NCBI GenBank assembly: GCA_030141605.1
Contig: JAQGDQ010000278.1
Span: forward strand, 62,001 to 126,000
Direction: 5' to 3'
DNA: 64,000 nucleotides
Source of the DNA: Tubiluchus corallicola
Lineage: Eukaryota > Animalia > Priapulida
Shown piece after piece: positions 25,849-38,323 of the stretch. The position numbers were made by a program, and so were the translations under genes. The notes beneath the pieces were generated by a model. The model searched no databases and was not told the origin of the DNA. It worked only from the letters and a program-made list of their open reading frames with translations. Within the stretch, counting starts at the first letter, position 1; the number at the start of each line of letters is the position of its first letter.

Positions 25849-26013
25849 TATGATACGGAAGGTTTTGGTGAGATGGCAGTGACGACAATGTCTAACGCCC
25901 TCAATGATCTGGAATTTCAGGCGGATGTTCCTCCACATAAACTGGAAATGTTGGAACAGCGAGTGAAAGAGAGCGAGACTGGAGTCATCACACTGGAAGA
26001 GTTTGTAAAACTG
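25849..26013 (+). CDS. RHBDL3: 165-nt internal coding exon encoding the paired (degenerate) EF-hand region of an RHBDL1/3 / rho-4-like rhomboid protease
   Basis: Acceptor tttttcag, 55 codons YDTEGFGEMAVTTMSNALNDLEFQADVPPHKLEMLEQRVKESETGVITLEEFVKL, donor gtaagc. Phase 0-0, higher GC than the flanks. The PHK.E.L and G.I...EFV.L motifs match the N-terminal EF-hand region of RHBDL3/rho-4 from memory. The symbol denotes the family; orthology is not proven. Confidence 0.88.
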
Positions 26014-26159
26014 GTAAGCTGTAGATGCAGTTATTTTGAATTTTTAGGGTACCATATCATTTGCTTGGTGGGAGTCTGCAAGCGTCATTGTCGTCAGTCA
26101 CAGGGCCGCTGGCAATGTAGATGATGAATATTATTTTGTTTTGATAAGGCTGTAAATGA

Positions 26160-26440
26160 CTATTTTTTGAATCGCGATTTTGCAATGTCTGAAATTATAA
26201 CTACTATAAAGAAAACGTTGACTAACAGTAGAAGTACTGATGCTGATCACTTTCATCCATTAATGCTTAAGCATCTAGGGTTTTGGGCAAGGTGTGTGAT
26301 TTTACATCTATCAAATTTAAGTTTGAATAGATGGGTGTGGACCCAGTCTAAAATGATCTTTATACGTAAAAAAGGAAAAGAAAATTACACAGATCCTTCA
26401 TTTTCCGTCCTTTGCCAATTTCTTTGTGCTTTTGTAAATT
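26160..26440 (+). mobile_element. LINE fragment, RT N-terminal region (I/Jockey/R1 group-like)
   Basis: LNRDFAMSEI...STDADHFHPLMLKHLG...W...IFIRKKGKENYTDPS, then frameshifted PISLCFCK, matches the pre-RT/RT0-1 consensus. Confidence 0.85.
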
Positions 26441-26444
26441 CACT

Positions 26445-26722
26445 GAGCCGTCCATGTCACAAACGAACAGCTCTGAACCGAGAGGTACAGCACCTGTTTT
26501 TAATGCAACGCGTTTCCGAAATTCAGGCGCTATTGTCCATTTAACAATTGAATGGCAAAATGTGTGTAATAGCGAAGAACTAGCCGCTGGAATACGAAAT
26601 TACTTTTGTGTGGTAATAGTTCTTCCACGTAAGTCATTCTTTCAAAAATAGTATGTTCCCTTTCAGTACATTACAGAGTTGATTATTTTGACCCACAGCT
26701 TAGGATTACGTCCGGTTTTCCT
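26445..26722 (+). mobile_element. Right part of the Kolobok-like family, copy C
   Basis: Similar to 43480-43740 and 24860-25124; ends CGGTTTTCCT|TTAA. Confidence 0.8.
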
Positions 26723-26726
26723 TTAA

Positions 26727-26946
26727 TGGCGCCTTCAGACTAGAGAGTTTTCTTGCGTTACTACTCTAAATTCGCAAGTGTGAACAGCCCTCTAACAAGT
26801 TATTTAAAACTCGAAGAAAGTTGCTGAGAGTTCTTGCGCAATAACTTACAAGAGAACTTGCAAAACCATTCACACTTACGAGTTTACACTCGGAGAGAAC
26901 TTGTGCGCAAGAACTTGCGAGAAGACTTTCTAATCTGAACGCGCCA
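26727..26946. mobile_element. 220-bp PIF/Harbinger (Tourist-like) MITE
   Basis: TIRs TGGCGCCTTCAGACTAGAGAGTTTTCTTGC and the reverse complement of the right end, TGGCGCGTTCAGATTAGAAAGTCTTCTCGC. TAA TSD at 26724-26726 and 26947-26949. Internal GAACTTGC/GTTCTTGC repeats. Confidence 0.88.
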
Positions 26947-29379
26947 TAAGACAACAAAGGTATGTAGATGATTCTTTAACATGCAAAAGTATTTGATGCT
27001 TTAAGACAATAAAAACATGTAGGTGGTCCTTTAATATAATATAATTAAGGTCATTGCTGAAGCGCATGCATGCTTAAGTCATTTTAATTAACAAGCTGCC
27101 CTGTTAAAGGGTTATGGGAATTAGCAATACTACATATTTGCTTCTGATGCAAGTTCCTCACCATGCTTGGCCACACAAAAAAGTTCATGACTAACAAGCA
27201 CCTACAGGGTTCTATGCTCATTTGGGCCTGTTATTTTATCTAGACCTATTACGTAGGGGTGCGGCCATCCTGGTGTGAAAATCAACAACTAATTCGCTCT
27301 TTAGCTTTAAAAATGAGCCCCCCATCACTTTCTTTGATAATGAAGTCCATTAAATTTTGTTGATTTATGTTACTTGCATGCCCTGCCTTAAAATTCTCTA
27401 AACACTGACGCATCTGTATAAAAATTGTCATTGATTGGTAAAAAGACCAACGTTTCTAAATCGTGCCGAATTACCTAAATTAAGAGAAATGTGTAGCCCT
27501 TGGGTCAATTTAGCCTTATTTGTTTTGGGCAAAGTTATCCCATCAGTTTCTTTTATTGATCCCCTCGCCACCTGCGTGCCTAATAATCAGTAGTAATGAT
27601 TATTATTTTTAAACGAATATTGAATTCTCTAAGATTAGATATTTGAAACCTTTTTACGTGCGACTGCGATGTAGAAACTTGTGAAATTCGATACCAGATG
27701 GCAGGAGCCACTCGTTTAGGAAGCTCTGCTTACATTTCCAAATCTATGCCCGTTTATAATATGTTTTAGCAAGTTACTAGAATATTATTTTGAATCAGGA
27801 GAATTCGTTTATAAAAATTTCAAAGTGAATAATTCTAATGCGACTGTAGAATAGTAAGCCAATTTTTGCAAAATGAGATTTCTGATTTTCAAACTTTAAT
27901 TGCATTAAAATTCGATTGAAATTTGATCGTAGTCTAATAGCAAACTCATTGTCTTGTACAAGTAGTAAACGTGCTAAATATAAAAAATTATAAATGTGAC
28001 GTAAATTTTTCGCCTTTTCACATTTAACCCGCTGAAATAGCTTCAAAGACTGTATAAGCTTATCAAAGCCTGCTGCGAGTTGTTAAGCAAAATTTGCTAA
28101 ATTATGTTGAAATGTTCAATTTTCTCACAAAACCTACCGCATTCAAGCACCCATTGTGTCCAAACCTGTTACTGAACGCAAAGCAAAGATTTGGAAAAAT
28201 TTCCATTATTTGTGTGTTCCTGTAATATCAATGATAATGCAACCAGAGCTATTGGTGTGCTAAATGGCGGCAAGTGTTTTCAGTATACCAACAGTTTCTC
28301 TTTGCAAAAAATTAATAGTCTACAGCTTTGGTAACCGCAATCTTCTTTGTTCTTAAATAGTAATAGATAAATAATTATAATTTTTTTGTATGCTGAGGAT
28401 AAGCCAAAATTTTTAACTTTTTAAAAAGTTTTCAAAATTCGTTTTTTAAAAAACAGCACTTAGAAAGCAGCGAAAATGAAATTTTGGTAAAGCAACATGA
28501 AAATTGTACATTTTCGTGTTACAATTTACAAATGTAAATATAATGATAACTAAGATAAATTTGATTATTTAAAAATTAAAAGATTCATATCTAAGAAAGC
28601 TAGAGTACTTAGCTCAAAGCCCCACTCTTTCATTGTTCAAAATGTTTTAAAAAGAAGGGATTTTTCCTTCCTAGACAATCAGCAGTTAAATGATATTCTG
28701 CAATATTTATGTTGCAAATAATTTATGAACCTGTGATGTAAACTCAAATTCAATATCGCATACGCATGTGACCCAGAGGCACTTTTTATTTATGCAAAGA
28801 TATCAGTTTTTTAACTGGTAACCGACATTGTTTTTTTTTTGTTATTTATTTATGCAACGAACCCGATGAATGTATTGCATTACAATAATTCGATATAAAT
28901 TGTATATTAATTTCTCAAAACAACTAGCTCGTGCTCACATAGAATATACCTATTTCTGCAGTGAATATTATGACTTTTAAAACTGTTAGATTAGTTTCGT
29001 ACTAGAAAGACGATCAATTTCAAAATCCCTTACTACATGTCAAACGTTTACATGCTTGTAAATGAAACGAATTGCTCTATTTGACAGTAATAGTTAATTA
29101 ATTACTATCTCGCTTGGTGGGTCCAGGAAGTGGATTTGGTAAAATTTTATAATCGGGTTTAATTAATGTCTACTAGTTGCGTTAATTATATTAATTTACA
29201 CGCTGGCTGTTGTCGCTATACGCTTGAAATACTTTCGGATGATAAACGTTGCATGAATTCGAAACGTTTAGCTGATTTACCATGACCTGCTGTTGCAAGC
29301 TACATTTACACATCACGTTTGTTTGTTTATTTATTTGTTTATTTGTTTGCTTGTTCTTTGATTAATAATTTAGAAATAG

Positions 29380-30215
29380 AATTATTTATTTATTTCCGAA
29401 TCTAGTCCGTAGAGCACAAATGCTTAAATAAAAAGATAAAACTATCCTTAAAATTGGTGCTTAAATTAAAGGATAACACTACTAAGAATAACTTGAAAAC
29501 TGATTTACAGTATCATGGGTACAATCTACGAGTATGATCACGCATTTACAAATAAAATCGATTTTCTATTTGCTAAAAATGTAAGAAGTCATACTAATAC
29601 TAAAATTTAAAATGCATTGTATTAAAACGTTGTTAGATTGATTTAATCGATTTTTAAAAGAATAATAATAGCTTTTCGTAAGATTGCGTCAAAATGCTGA
29701 ATTTGCAAATTGACACACATTTAGCTAGCACTGCAATCATAGGGCAATGAAAATAGCTTTCTTATACACTTCTTATAGGTAACTTTCAGTTGTTTATTAA
29801 TATAAACGTGGTAATTTCTCCACAATGGTATACACCATAGACACAAAACTTGTGCATTAAGTTTTGAACAATTGTATCTAAACATCTTTAGTACAAAATG
29901 AGAAGTTTCTAACAAGAATGTTTGGTCTAGCAGGAAGAAAAGATTTCTGTCTCGTAATATCCTCATTATCGGAGGCCACATTTGTTATAATATGTCCTAG
30001 ATATTTATCCGAATATGCAGACCTAATTACAGAACCGCTGCAATAAATATCAGCAAAAGGTATAGATTTCGTATTTTGCGAAGTACTTAGTTTTGTCTTC
30101 TCTGAGTTCAAGAATGACATGACATACTCCTTAGCAAACATTTGATATGTATCGAAAAGAGTATTCATTGACCTTGTTGTGTTAGAGATGAGCCAGATAT
30201 CATCAACAAGAGAAA
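29380..30215 (-). mobile_element. 5'-truncated LINE (Proto2-like; same clade as 9787-10745)
   Basis: Minus strand VDDIWLIS...DKYLGHIITNVASDNEDITRQ...NILVRNFSFC...PLWRNY...LKVTYKKCIRKLFSLPYDCSAS. 3' end GGACTAGATTCGGAAATAAATAAATAATT. Confidence 0.88.
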
Positions 30216-31224
30216 GATAATTCATAAACAAACCAAACTGTGTTATCATTAAATCATTACTCGTTTTTCCGCTTGGATGTTTATTTGCTGCATCCAATAC
30301 AGAATATTAAAGTTTTTATGTTATTTTCAATTATTATATTAGATAATTCATAAAATTCAAGATATCTTTAATTTGATTGATTTTATTTCACGCCTATCTC
30401 TCACATCAAGCACATATGACGATTTAATAATAGTGTCGGTAGAAATAATTTCAGTGGCTGAGAATCTTTAACTTTAGTTATAATATATTCCTCATAACTA
30501 TACATTAGTTACTTTTTTACTCTAATAAATAGCCAAATTTGTGGTAATAACTAATTATTTTCTTAATTTTTTTTATCTTATTTCTCGTTTCAACTAATGT
30601 ATTATCTGTAATTTTGATCTTTATTTTTTCTTTCAGTTATTGCCTGTCTTTTTTGCAGCCTCTTGCTTGTCTCTGGATATTTACTTGACAGTATTAGATT
30701 AGTACGTGGATTAATAAATTTTAAAATGCATTTTGATTACTTTTTCGTTAATGTCAGTTGTTTGTTTACTGTTTTCTGAAAGCTGTGATTGACTTTTTAA
30801 CCGTTGGTTTTTCACATCTCTTTCCCCGTTGTCCTTTTTAAATTTTTACATATATTGTTGTGTAATGTAAATTGAATGAGGAAATATAATAATATTCTAA
30901 TCTAATCTTTATGACGGTATTAATCAAATTTATTCTTTTCAACTTCAAATAACGATTTGTTATTTTACGTTTCATCACTATGTAAGCTTATAAAAAGTCT
31001 GTTTTGGTGGGACGCTGCTAATTTGAGTTAATTAAGCTTAGTCGCTATTGTAAACCTGCGTCCTGACGGATCTTGTGTACTCTCTAAAGCTCTCCAATGA
31101 ATCAGTTCCTATTCAATGGTTACTCTTCCACTAACTTCAACACCTGCCCACACTGGGCACAATTTATGCCAAATCTCAATCTAGCTTTTATAAACTCATG
31201 GTGAAAGCGGCCGACGCGGTGTCG

Positions 31225-31395
31225 GGTTCATTCAATTTGTACGGATTCTGCCGCCGGCTGCACCGTATAGACGCAATTTGTTGCGAAATAAAACCCAGTA
31301 ACCATGGCAACCAAAAACTGCAAATTCGGTACGGTACCTGGCCGGTGGGACAATGCCGTCGAGCTAAATTGAACGTTAGTTGAATAAGGCCATTA
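31225..31395. mobile_element. Degenerate palindromic MITE-like element with a central RFX-like motif
   Basis: TTCAATTT...GCCGCCGGC...ACCGTA...AATTTG is mirrored by CAAATT...TACGGT...GCCGGTGG...AAATTGAA. GTAACCATGGCAAC at 31298-31311. Confidence 0.55.
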
Positions 31396-32671
31396 ATAAA
31401 ATGAACTGTAATAGCTGGCGAAACCCCTAATTCTCACAAGTTATTGATTTTTATTTAGTTAGGATATAATGAAAAGTTATGCCCCCCTTTAGGGAGTGTG
31501 ATTTTCACCTGGTTGTGTTCGTGCACGTGGTTTTTTAGAAAGTTTAGAAAACGCATATTTTGGTCATTCTATGTAAAAAGCTTGATTTTAAGGACAACAC
31601 ATGGGCTGATGGAACTAAAGAAAAATGCAACATTGGTATAGTAAGATTTACAGTTATTTTTTATGTGGTATTATCAGCCTATAGGCAGGTTATTAATACA
31701 TTACGTAATACCAAGAATAAGACACAATTTACAGAAACGTTTTCAATTTTATTAAAGCCGAAAACACGGCTTAAGGGCATTCTGCCACTCCAGTCTCTGT
31801 CTTATAAGGAGCTAAACCAGTCGCAAATGTGAGAACTATTTCTGCCAATTTGGGTGCCATCTTGCGGACTTTTTGAAGACTAATGTTTGTATGTTTGTAT
31901 TTTTTGTCAAAATTAGACTACTAAACATTTCGTCTTTCTCCTTTTGAATATTGCCTCATAATTTACTGGAATTTTTCGTTTAATTTTGAAGAGTAATTTT
32001 CGTCAACCAGAACTAGTTTCGACGGTTTTTGAATGTTTTTTTCCGGAGAGTGTCGCCATAGGCTGCTTGGTTGTAAGATCAACTAATTTTTGTCCTTTGT
32101 CAAACTGTTATCAAAAACTATCCAATCCGCATTTTTAAAAATATTTTTCATCATTTTTGCTCCGGTATTCTTCTTAAACTGTACATTTTTACTGTACATC
32201 ATTATTACCATCAATTTGAATTTACTTTGTATGTTTTTAATGTCATTGTTTTTTAACGTAATCAATCACTAACTTTTAGATTACCTCTGCACTCATGCTT
32301 GCCACAAGCCCGGTGTGGGGCACGAAAGCTTAAGGCTTCGCCTCATTCCGAGGTTGGTTTGTACTAACTCACAATGTCTAAGTATTATAATTGTTATTGC
32401 TGTTTTGAAATGTGTGTAAATGTGAAATGTATATAATTTGACAATGTGTATAATGAGTATAATTGTACAAATCAGCCAAATTATAATTTAAATCTAAAAT
32501 CGTTGTAGTTAAGAGATGTGGCATGATATTCCCTGCACGAACCTGTTCTCGTGTATGAATTAACAATATTTTGTTTATGATTCTGGAAAACGTTATCCTC
32601 ACCCATTGTTCTAGTTAATGTTTCAGAAATCTACGGACTTGGTTGAGTACCTCTTTTAGTAAACCATCAGT

Positions 32672-33103
32672 GTGATCAGGGTAACTGTACTGAGTGAACA
32701 AACTGAGTAAACGGCTTCAATGTGTAGTAGAATGATTAGTTTGCGTGAATTATGTTTAATAAACTACTTCACTGTGAACATTACTGAGTAAACGACTTTG
32801 GTTTTAACACTAGTTGCTTATATAAAAATATTTATTGAAAGCATTTAAGTCCGTTTCTAATCTTTGAAGGCTTTCAATAACAATTTTTATATCTTCAACA
32901 AGTATGGTTAAAACTTCAATTTCTCATGTTTTTACTATTCACGCCAAAGCAGTTTACTGAAACTGGATAACAATTGTCGTAAAGTGGTTTACACAGAGTA
33001 TTTATTGAAAACGAAACCTATGCAGTTATTTACTGTGAAAACGTTTAATCAAGTGAATTAATCAATCAGCGTGAATGGTTTGTCATTGAACTACCTGAAC
33101 TCA
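32672..33103. mobile_element. Degenerate foldback / palindromic MITE
   Basis: Arms 32801-32842 and 32870-32914 are imperfect reverse complements. Weaker symmetry extends outward (AGTAAACGACTTTGG and CCAAAGCAGTTTACT). Confidence 0.65.
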
Positions 33104-33980
33104 TTCACGCAGGTGATGTGTTGTAGCTTTCCAATCACTAGCTTCTCTCCGTACCTTCAAATATACTGAAGACCATTTCACTTGGCTAGGAGCGTATTAA
33201 CCAATAAGCTACCTAGTTACAGCCCAACGCGCCAAAGTTTAAAGGGCATCACATTTTAGAAAAAATCTTATTCTCCTCGGAAAATGTGTATACTAACATA
33301 TTCATGTAAGGGGCGCATTTTATAATACACTACAGACAGTTACTGAGCAGCTTCTATATAAACGCCACTTAACGAACAAGTGCAAGGCATTACACAACAG
33401 GCAGTTGGGCAGCCTGCCTGTATATAAGCGCTATGCAAATACATGTAATTAATAATGACCACGTAGTAACTAGGTAAATATGTTTCTAATACACCAAGTA
33501 ATTGTTTTATCTGTTCATCACACAAACAACCATAAATTCACAAAAGAGATGGGCGGACAAAACTGTCAGCTCAGGGCGTCGTAAAGTCATGATACGCCCC
33601 TGCACTTGCTCAGAGTAGACAGATAGGTAGACAAAATCTTTATTAACTAACATTAAAACAATACATATCCATGCGTGCAACGTATGTACGTTGTGTGTGT
33701 GCCTGTATGAAAGGACTGGACTGATAGTTGGCAGTAGTGTCAGCGTCAAATAACAATTCTTTTTTGCACACTGAAAACTACAACTCTCCAAATGCAGCAA
33801 CTAACTGGAAAAATTCATTCTCCGAAAAAAATTAAAACCACGTATATGATTATTTTGTTTTGAACAATTACATCATTTTCATGCTGAAATTGGCTTCTGT
33901 TTCAAATACAATTTTATTTCTTTTTGTTTTTAACAAATTGAAATTTCCCAGCGGCAGAGACTGGCGACATTAACAACTTG

Positions 33981-34001
33981 GATGACGATGACGACGACGA
34001 C

Positions 34002-34037
<36 letters not shown>

Positions 34038-34246
34038 CGAGGAGAGAGAACAGAACAGAACAGAACAGAACAGAACAGAACAGAACAGCGCAGAACAGAA
34101 CAGAACAGAACAGAACAGAACAGAACAGAACAGAACAGAACAGAACAGAACAGAACAGAACAGAACAGAACAGAACTGAACAGAACTGAACTGAACTGAA
34201 CTGAACAGAACAGAACAGAGCAGAGCAGAGCAGAGCAGAGCAGAGC
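33981..34246. repeat. (GAT/GAC)n followed by an (AGAAC)n-(TGAAC)n-(AGAGC)n compound microsatellite
   Basis: Directly visible; the pentamer block starts at 34047. Confidence 0.97.
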
Positions 34247-34576
34247 TGTGTCGAAGATGTTAGTATTAATTGTTTTTAGTATTACATATGGGCAGTTTAA
34301 TGACTAGAACGCAGTTTTACTTAGAGTTGAGAATTTGAGATGCCAAACACTTTTTATCTGGACAACTACATAACACATATTGAGTGTGGTATTTCGTATT
34401 TACCAAAGTGCAGATTTTCAATTGGTTCACAAGCGTTTCGCGATTAGTAACGTGTATTTCAACCGACCCTGTGAAGCAAACTGAGCGACCGAGTGAGCTC
34501 AGCGCAGGCTAACAGCTAGCAGCCTCGTGGTGTACCTGCATCAGTATGAGCAGCGTCTCTTACTCCACGTAACTAA

Positions 34577-34620
34577 CTGGCTTAATGGATTATAGTAAAC
34601 CTGATGTTCGAATCCTCGGG
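34577..34620 (+). other. Degenerate Pol III A-box/B-box pair (tRNA-derived SINE head relic)
   Basis: TGGCTTAATGG...GTTCGAATCCT; no cloverleaf. Confidence 0.35.
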
Positions 34621-37286
34621 TATGGACCTGTGAAATTAGGTTCGCAATCTACGCTGTCGTATAAATGATAATAATAGTTTGAAAGTAATTATCATACGTG
34701 AAATTAGACTCTGGTGTTAAGAGTAAAAAACATTTTAAATGAACTGAAAAAAGACAAAATACCACCATGTTTTGGGTACCTTCGCTAGTTTGCTTAGAAA
34801 AAAAGCCGCCAAAGGTAAGTTCATGTTTACGTATTTGAGAATGAAATTAAACTAGACTTGAGATTTATAAATAACTACAATATGGTAAAAAAATACTTAA
34901 TGTAATCTATGTTGTAATGAACAGAAAAACTGTTGTAATAAAACTGGGAATGATCAGCGTCTTATGTACAACACCATCAGATTAATACTGCTAGTAAAAA
35001 TTGCAGCAATTTAAGATTGCACATTAATCATCGTATTGCACCAAGTTAGTACTAGGTTGGTGTTAGTTTGAATTAGGCTGACAGGGATAAATATCGTTAT
35101 TAAAATTTACCATTGAATATTGTATATAGTAAATATAGATAAAAATATCTGTATCTGATTGGTTTACTTTTAACATCAAGTGCAACATTCACTTCATTTC
35201 TTCGATCTGTTGTCTTTTCGTTGATTAGACTTGATTACAATTACAAACTATCGCTAATTCTGAGGTAAGTATTGTAAAAGTAATAATATGTGGAAAAAAC
35301 ATTTATATTATGCTTTTATTTGTACGTCACTTAAAATGGGATTACGAATTTGTATAACTAAAATTAGTATTTTTTCATTCATTGACTCATTTTTGTAAAA
35401 ACAAATAATTGCCAATATCAATATTAATAATATTTTTAGATTGAGCTAAATTATGAAATCGCACATGTCTACGAATTTGAACCGACTTTTATACCATAAG
35501 TAGTACAAATGAATTTCATTTTTTCTTTTCTATAGTGTTTTTGCAATTAAGTCCAATTTCTTTGAGATAATCAGTTTATAATTCTTCGACTTCTTTGATC
35601 CTTTTTTGATGATGGATCTTATTCTTCTTTATCAAACATTCAGCTAAAATTTTCCCACCACTGGCATGTTTAGTCAACAGCAATGACGCTATAGCAAAGA
35701 ATACAAATCGCTAACTTCGCCTGCAGAGTAAACGTTTAAAATGCCTCATATTTGCCGGTAAACATTGCACTGTTTTGCCGCCTCAAGTATTGTATGTTTT
35801 ACTCGCTGTTTAGTATAGTTTACTTAATTTGTCACATGCTAAGAGAAACGCAGTCTGATTTTCTTTGGAGAACACAGCACTGCGTTTGCAAATGAGCGTT
35901 TTATTGCGTATTGGCAAATTGCTTTGAATACTCGAGTGCAAGTTCATTGTTAAATAGTCGACCTAGAAGCAAGGATTTGAATGATTCGAACCAGCAGCTG
36001 TAGGCTCTCTCTCTGTGTGTGTGTTCTCATTATATGCTTATTTCTGAACAATTTTACTATAATTTGCACCATTTAGGAATGAGAGAAAAGAGAAATCGTG
36101 CGAGGTGCATGACCTATAGAAGCAGCAAGAATGTGATATAACTGCAGCGTGTTAGAAAATTAATTAATGAAAAATCCCACGTTTCAAATTACCGTTGTTG
36201 TTTATAATTAGGTGAAAAAAACAAAAAATAGCATTTAGTATGTTTTTTCTTTTTTAATCTTTCGCATGTTGGTAAAAGACAGTAGTGATTTGAAACGTTG
36301 AGTTTTTATTTTTCTCAATTGTTGACGTCTTCATAAATTGTACCTATTTTTGTCATCAGGGTTTAAATTTACCTTTTTGGAAAATTAATTTTATAAATGC
36401 AATTACTCCTGAAAGTATTCTAAAACACTGATAATATTCTATACAAAAGAACATGCCTTCATAATGTCGCTTATTGCCTTGCTTCATTATTTACAGAGGC
36501 GCCCTCTATGTGAATTACAATTCTTATTGACTATTTACAAGTATACGTAATAGCAAATAATCGCGAAGTTCGTTTTTTTAAACATAACCGAGTTGTTCAA
36601 CACAAAGAAATGAAATACCCGACCTGACATATTGGTGTTACATGCACTATATATTTACACATGCTGTTGACTTTCTCAAAAATGTAAAATAACGAATTTT
36701 TGCAATAGTTTTATTTTTGCAATATCTTTCCAGTGTTTGTAAATACATTTGACCTAGATTAAGGTAAAAAGCATTAATCCAGGCGCTACGTGTTAGATAT
36801 TTCAAGACAGATTCACCTATTTTAAAATGTCATAATAGTCTGAATATCTGGCGTCACAATCAAACAATGCGCGCATAATTATAAACAAGTTTTTAAATAT
36901 CTCTTCTATGTACATACCTACATACATAATTATTTAACAGGGCAAATTCGAAACGCCTACAGCTGCACACTGTAATATTACAAATTTCTTTACACTCCCA
37001 GGATATAAAACAAGTGGTTTGTGCATACAGGCGGGTCCCAAACCTTTGTGCCACCGCCGAAAGCTGAACGACTTGAAACGGAAATAGTTATTTGCAACAA
37101 ATATAATGTGTCACGGGTTAAAATAGTTCGTAAAATCGTGGACCTGGAGCATTTCTACACTTACATAATAAAAACCAGACAATGTCGGTTAGTTAACCGC
37201 GTATGTTTTCGGTATTGGTTGAATTTGTAAGTTGAAAAAACATATTAGTCAAAGTTTTATTATCTTTGTATATTGTGTTTTATTAC

Positions 37287-37556
37287 ATTGTATTGTATTG
37301 TATTGTATTGTATTGTATTGTATTGTATTGTATTGTATTGTATTGTATTGTATTGTATTGTATTGTATTGTATTGTATTGTATTGTATTGTATTGTATTG
37401 TATTGTATTGTATTGTATTGTATTGTATTCTATTCTATTCTATTCTATTCTATTCTATTCTATTCTATTCTATTCTATTCTATTCTATTCTATTCTATTC
37501 TATTCTATTCTATTCTATTCTGTTCTCTATTACATTGCATTGCATTGTATTGTATT
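37287..37556. repeat. Compound pentamer microsatellite (ATTGT)~28-(ATTCT)~19
   Basis: Directly visible; switch at 37427. Confidence 0.98.
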
Positions 37557-38108
37557 CACCAATAAACTTATTATTAGTCATTCAGATTGCGTGTAATTGC
37601 AAAAAACGAATTTGAGACCTTTCAACTTGTGGCTTGAAAACAAACCTTGCCATTTTATCAACAATACAGCAAAATTTGGGAAAGCCACGTTGTTGACCTG
37701 CTAACAGTCTAACCTCTAACGGAACGATCTTGTGCCGATGCACTAATGATAACTTTACTGACGAACAACACAATACAATAAACAATACAATGCACACAAA
37801 GAATCACGCGTCACACAAAGCATCCCAACACTTTTGTATAATCGTCACTTTGAAACAGTAGAGGTTAAACAGTTTACAATATTTACGCATTTACAAAAGT
37901 AATATAGTGACAATTATGTGCTATTGCTGTCAATTGAATATGATTTTCTGCGATTAACATTTTATTTTTCTTCTCTTAAAATAGTTTAAAATAATATAAA
38001 AATTTAAACCAAATTTGCAAGTTTCTAATCAATTCAAAAGTCCACAGATATGATATTTAAAAGTCAAAGAGATTAAAAGAAAGTAAACGTGGAAAAATGT
38101 GAATTAAA

Positions 38109-38323
38109 ATATGAGCCAAAAATGGTCAGGCTCTGATGTTTTTCTACATTTAGAAGCCATTTTCAGTTTGATTCCTGGACTTTTGTGATATGAGTAAAAT
38201 TTAGTCAAGTCCTCGGATGTTTTTCTACTTTTAAAAGTCACTGAGTTTGATTTCTGAACCTTTGTGATATGAGCCTAAATTAGTCTGGTCCTCGCTGGTG
38301 TTTTTCTACATTTAAAGGTCACC
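38109..38323. repeat. Diverged 79-bp tandem repeat, ~2.7 copies
   Basis: ATATGAG starts at 38109, 38188 and 38267; shared TGTTTTTCTAC and AGTTTGATT.CTG.AC.TTTGTG. Confidence 0.85.

Noticed and set aside
25651-26124. 157-aa ORF as a single-exon gene
   Set aside because: Only 25849-26013 is protein-like and bounded by AG/GT; the flanks are intronic read-through.
33978-34199. Poly-Asp / EQNRT ORF after a pyrimidine-rich acceptor-like site
   Set aside because: Microsatellite; no rhomboid similarity.
36070-36141. Candidate next rhomboid exon (MREKRNR...)
   Set aside because: The acceptor is out of phase, there is an in-frame stop after ~20 codons, and similarity is not convincing.
37232-37615. 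YCIVL/YSILF repeat ORFs
   Set aside because: Pentamer microsatellite translation.
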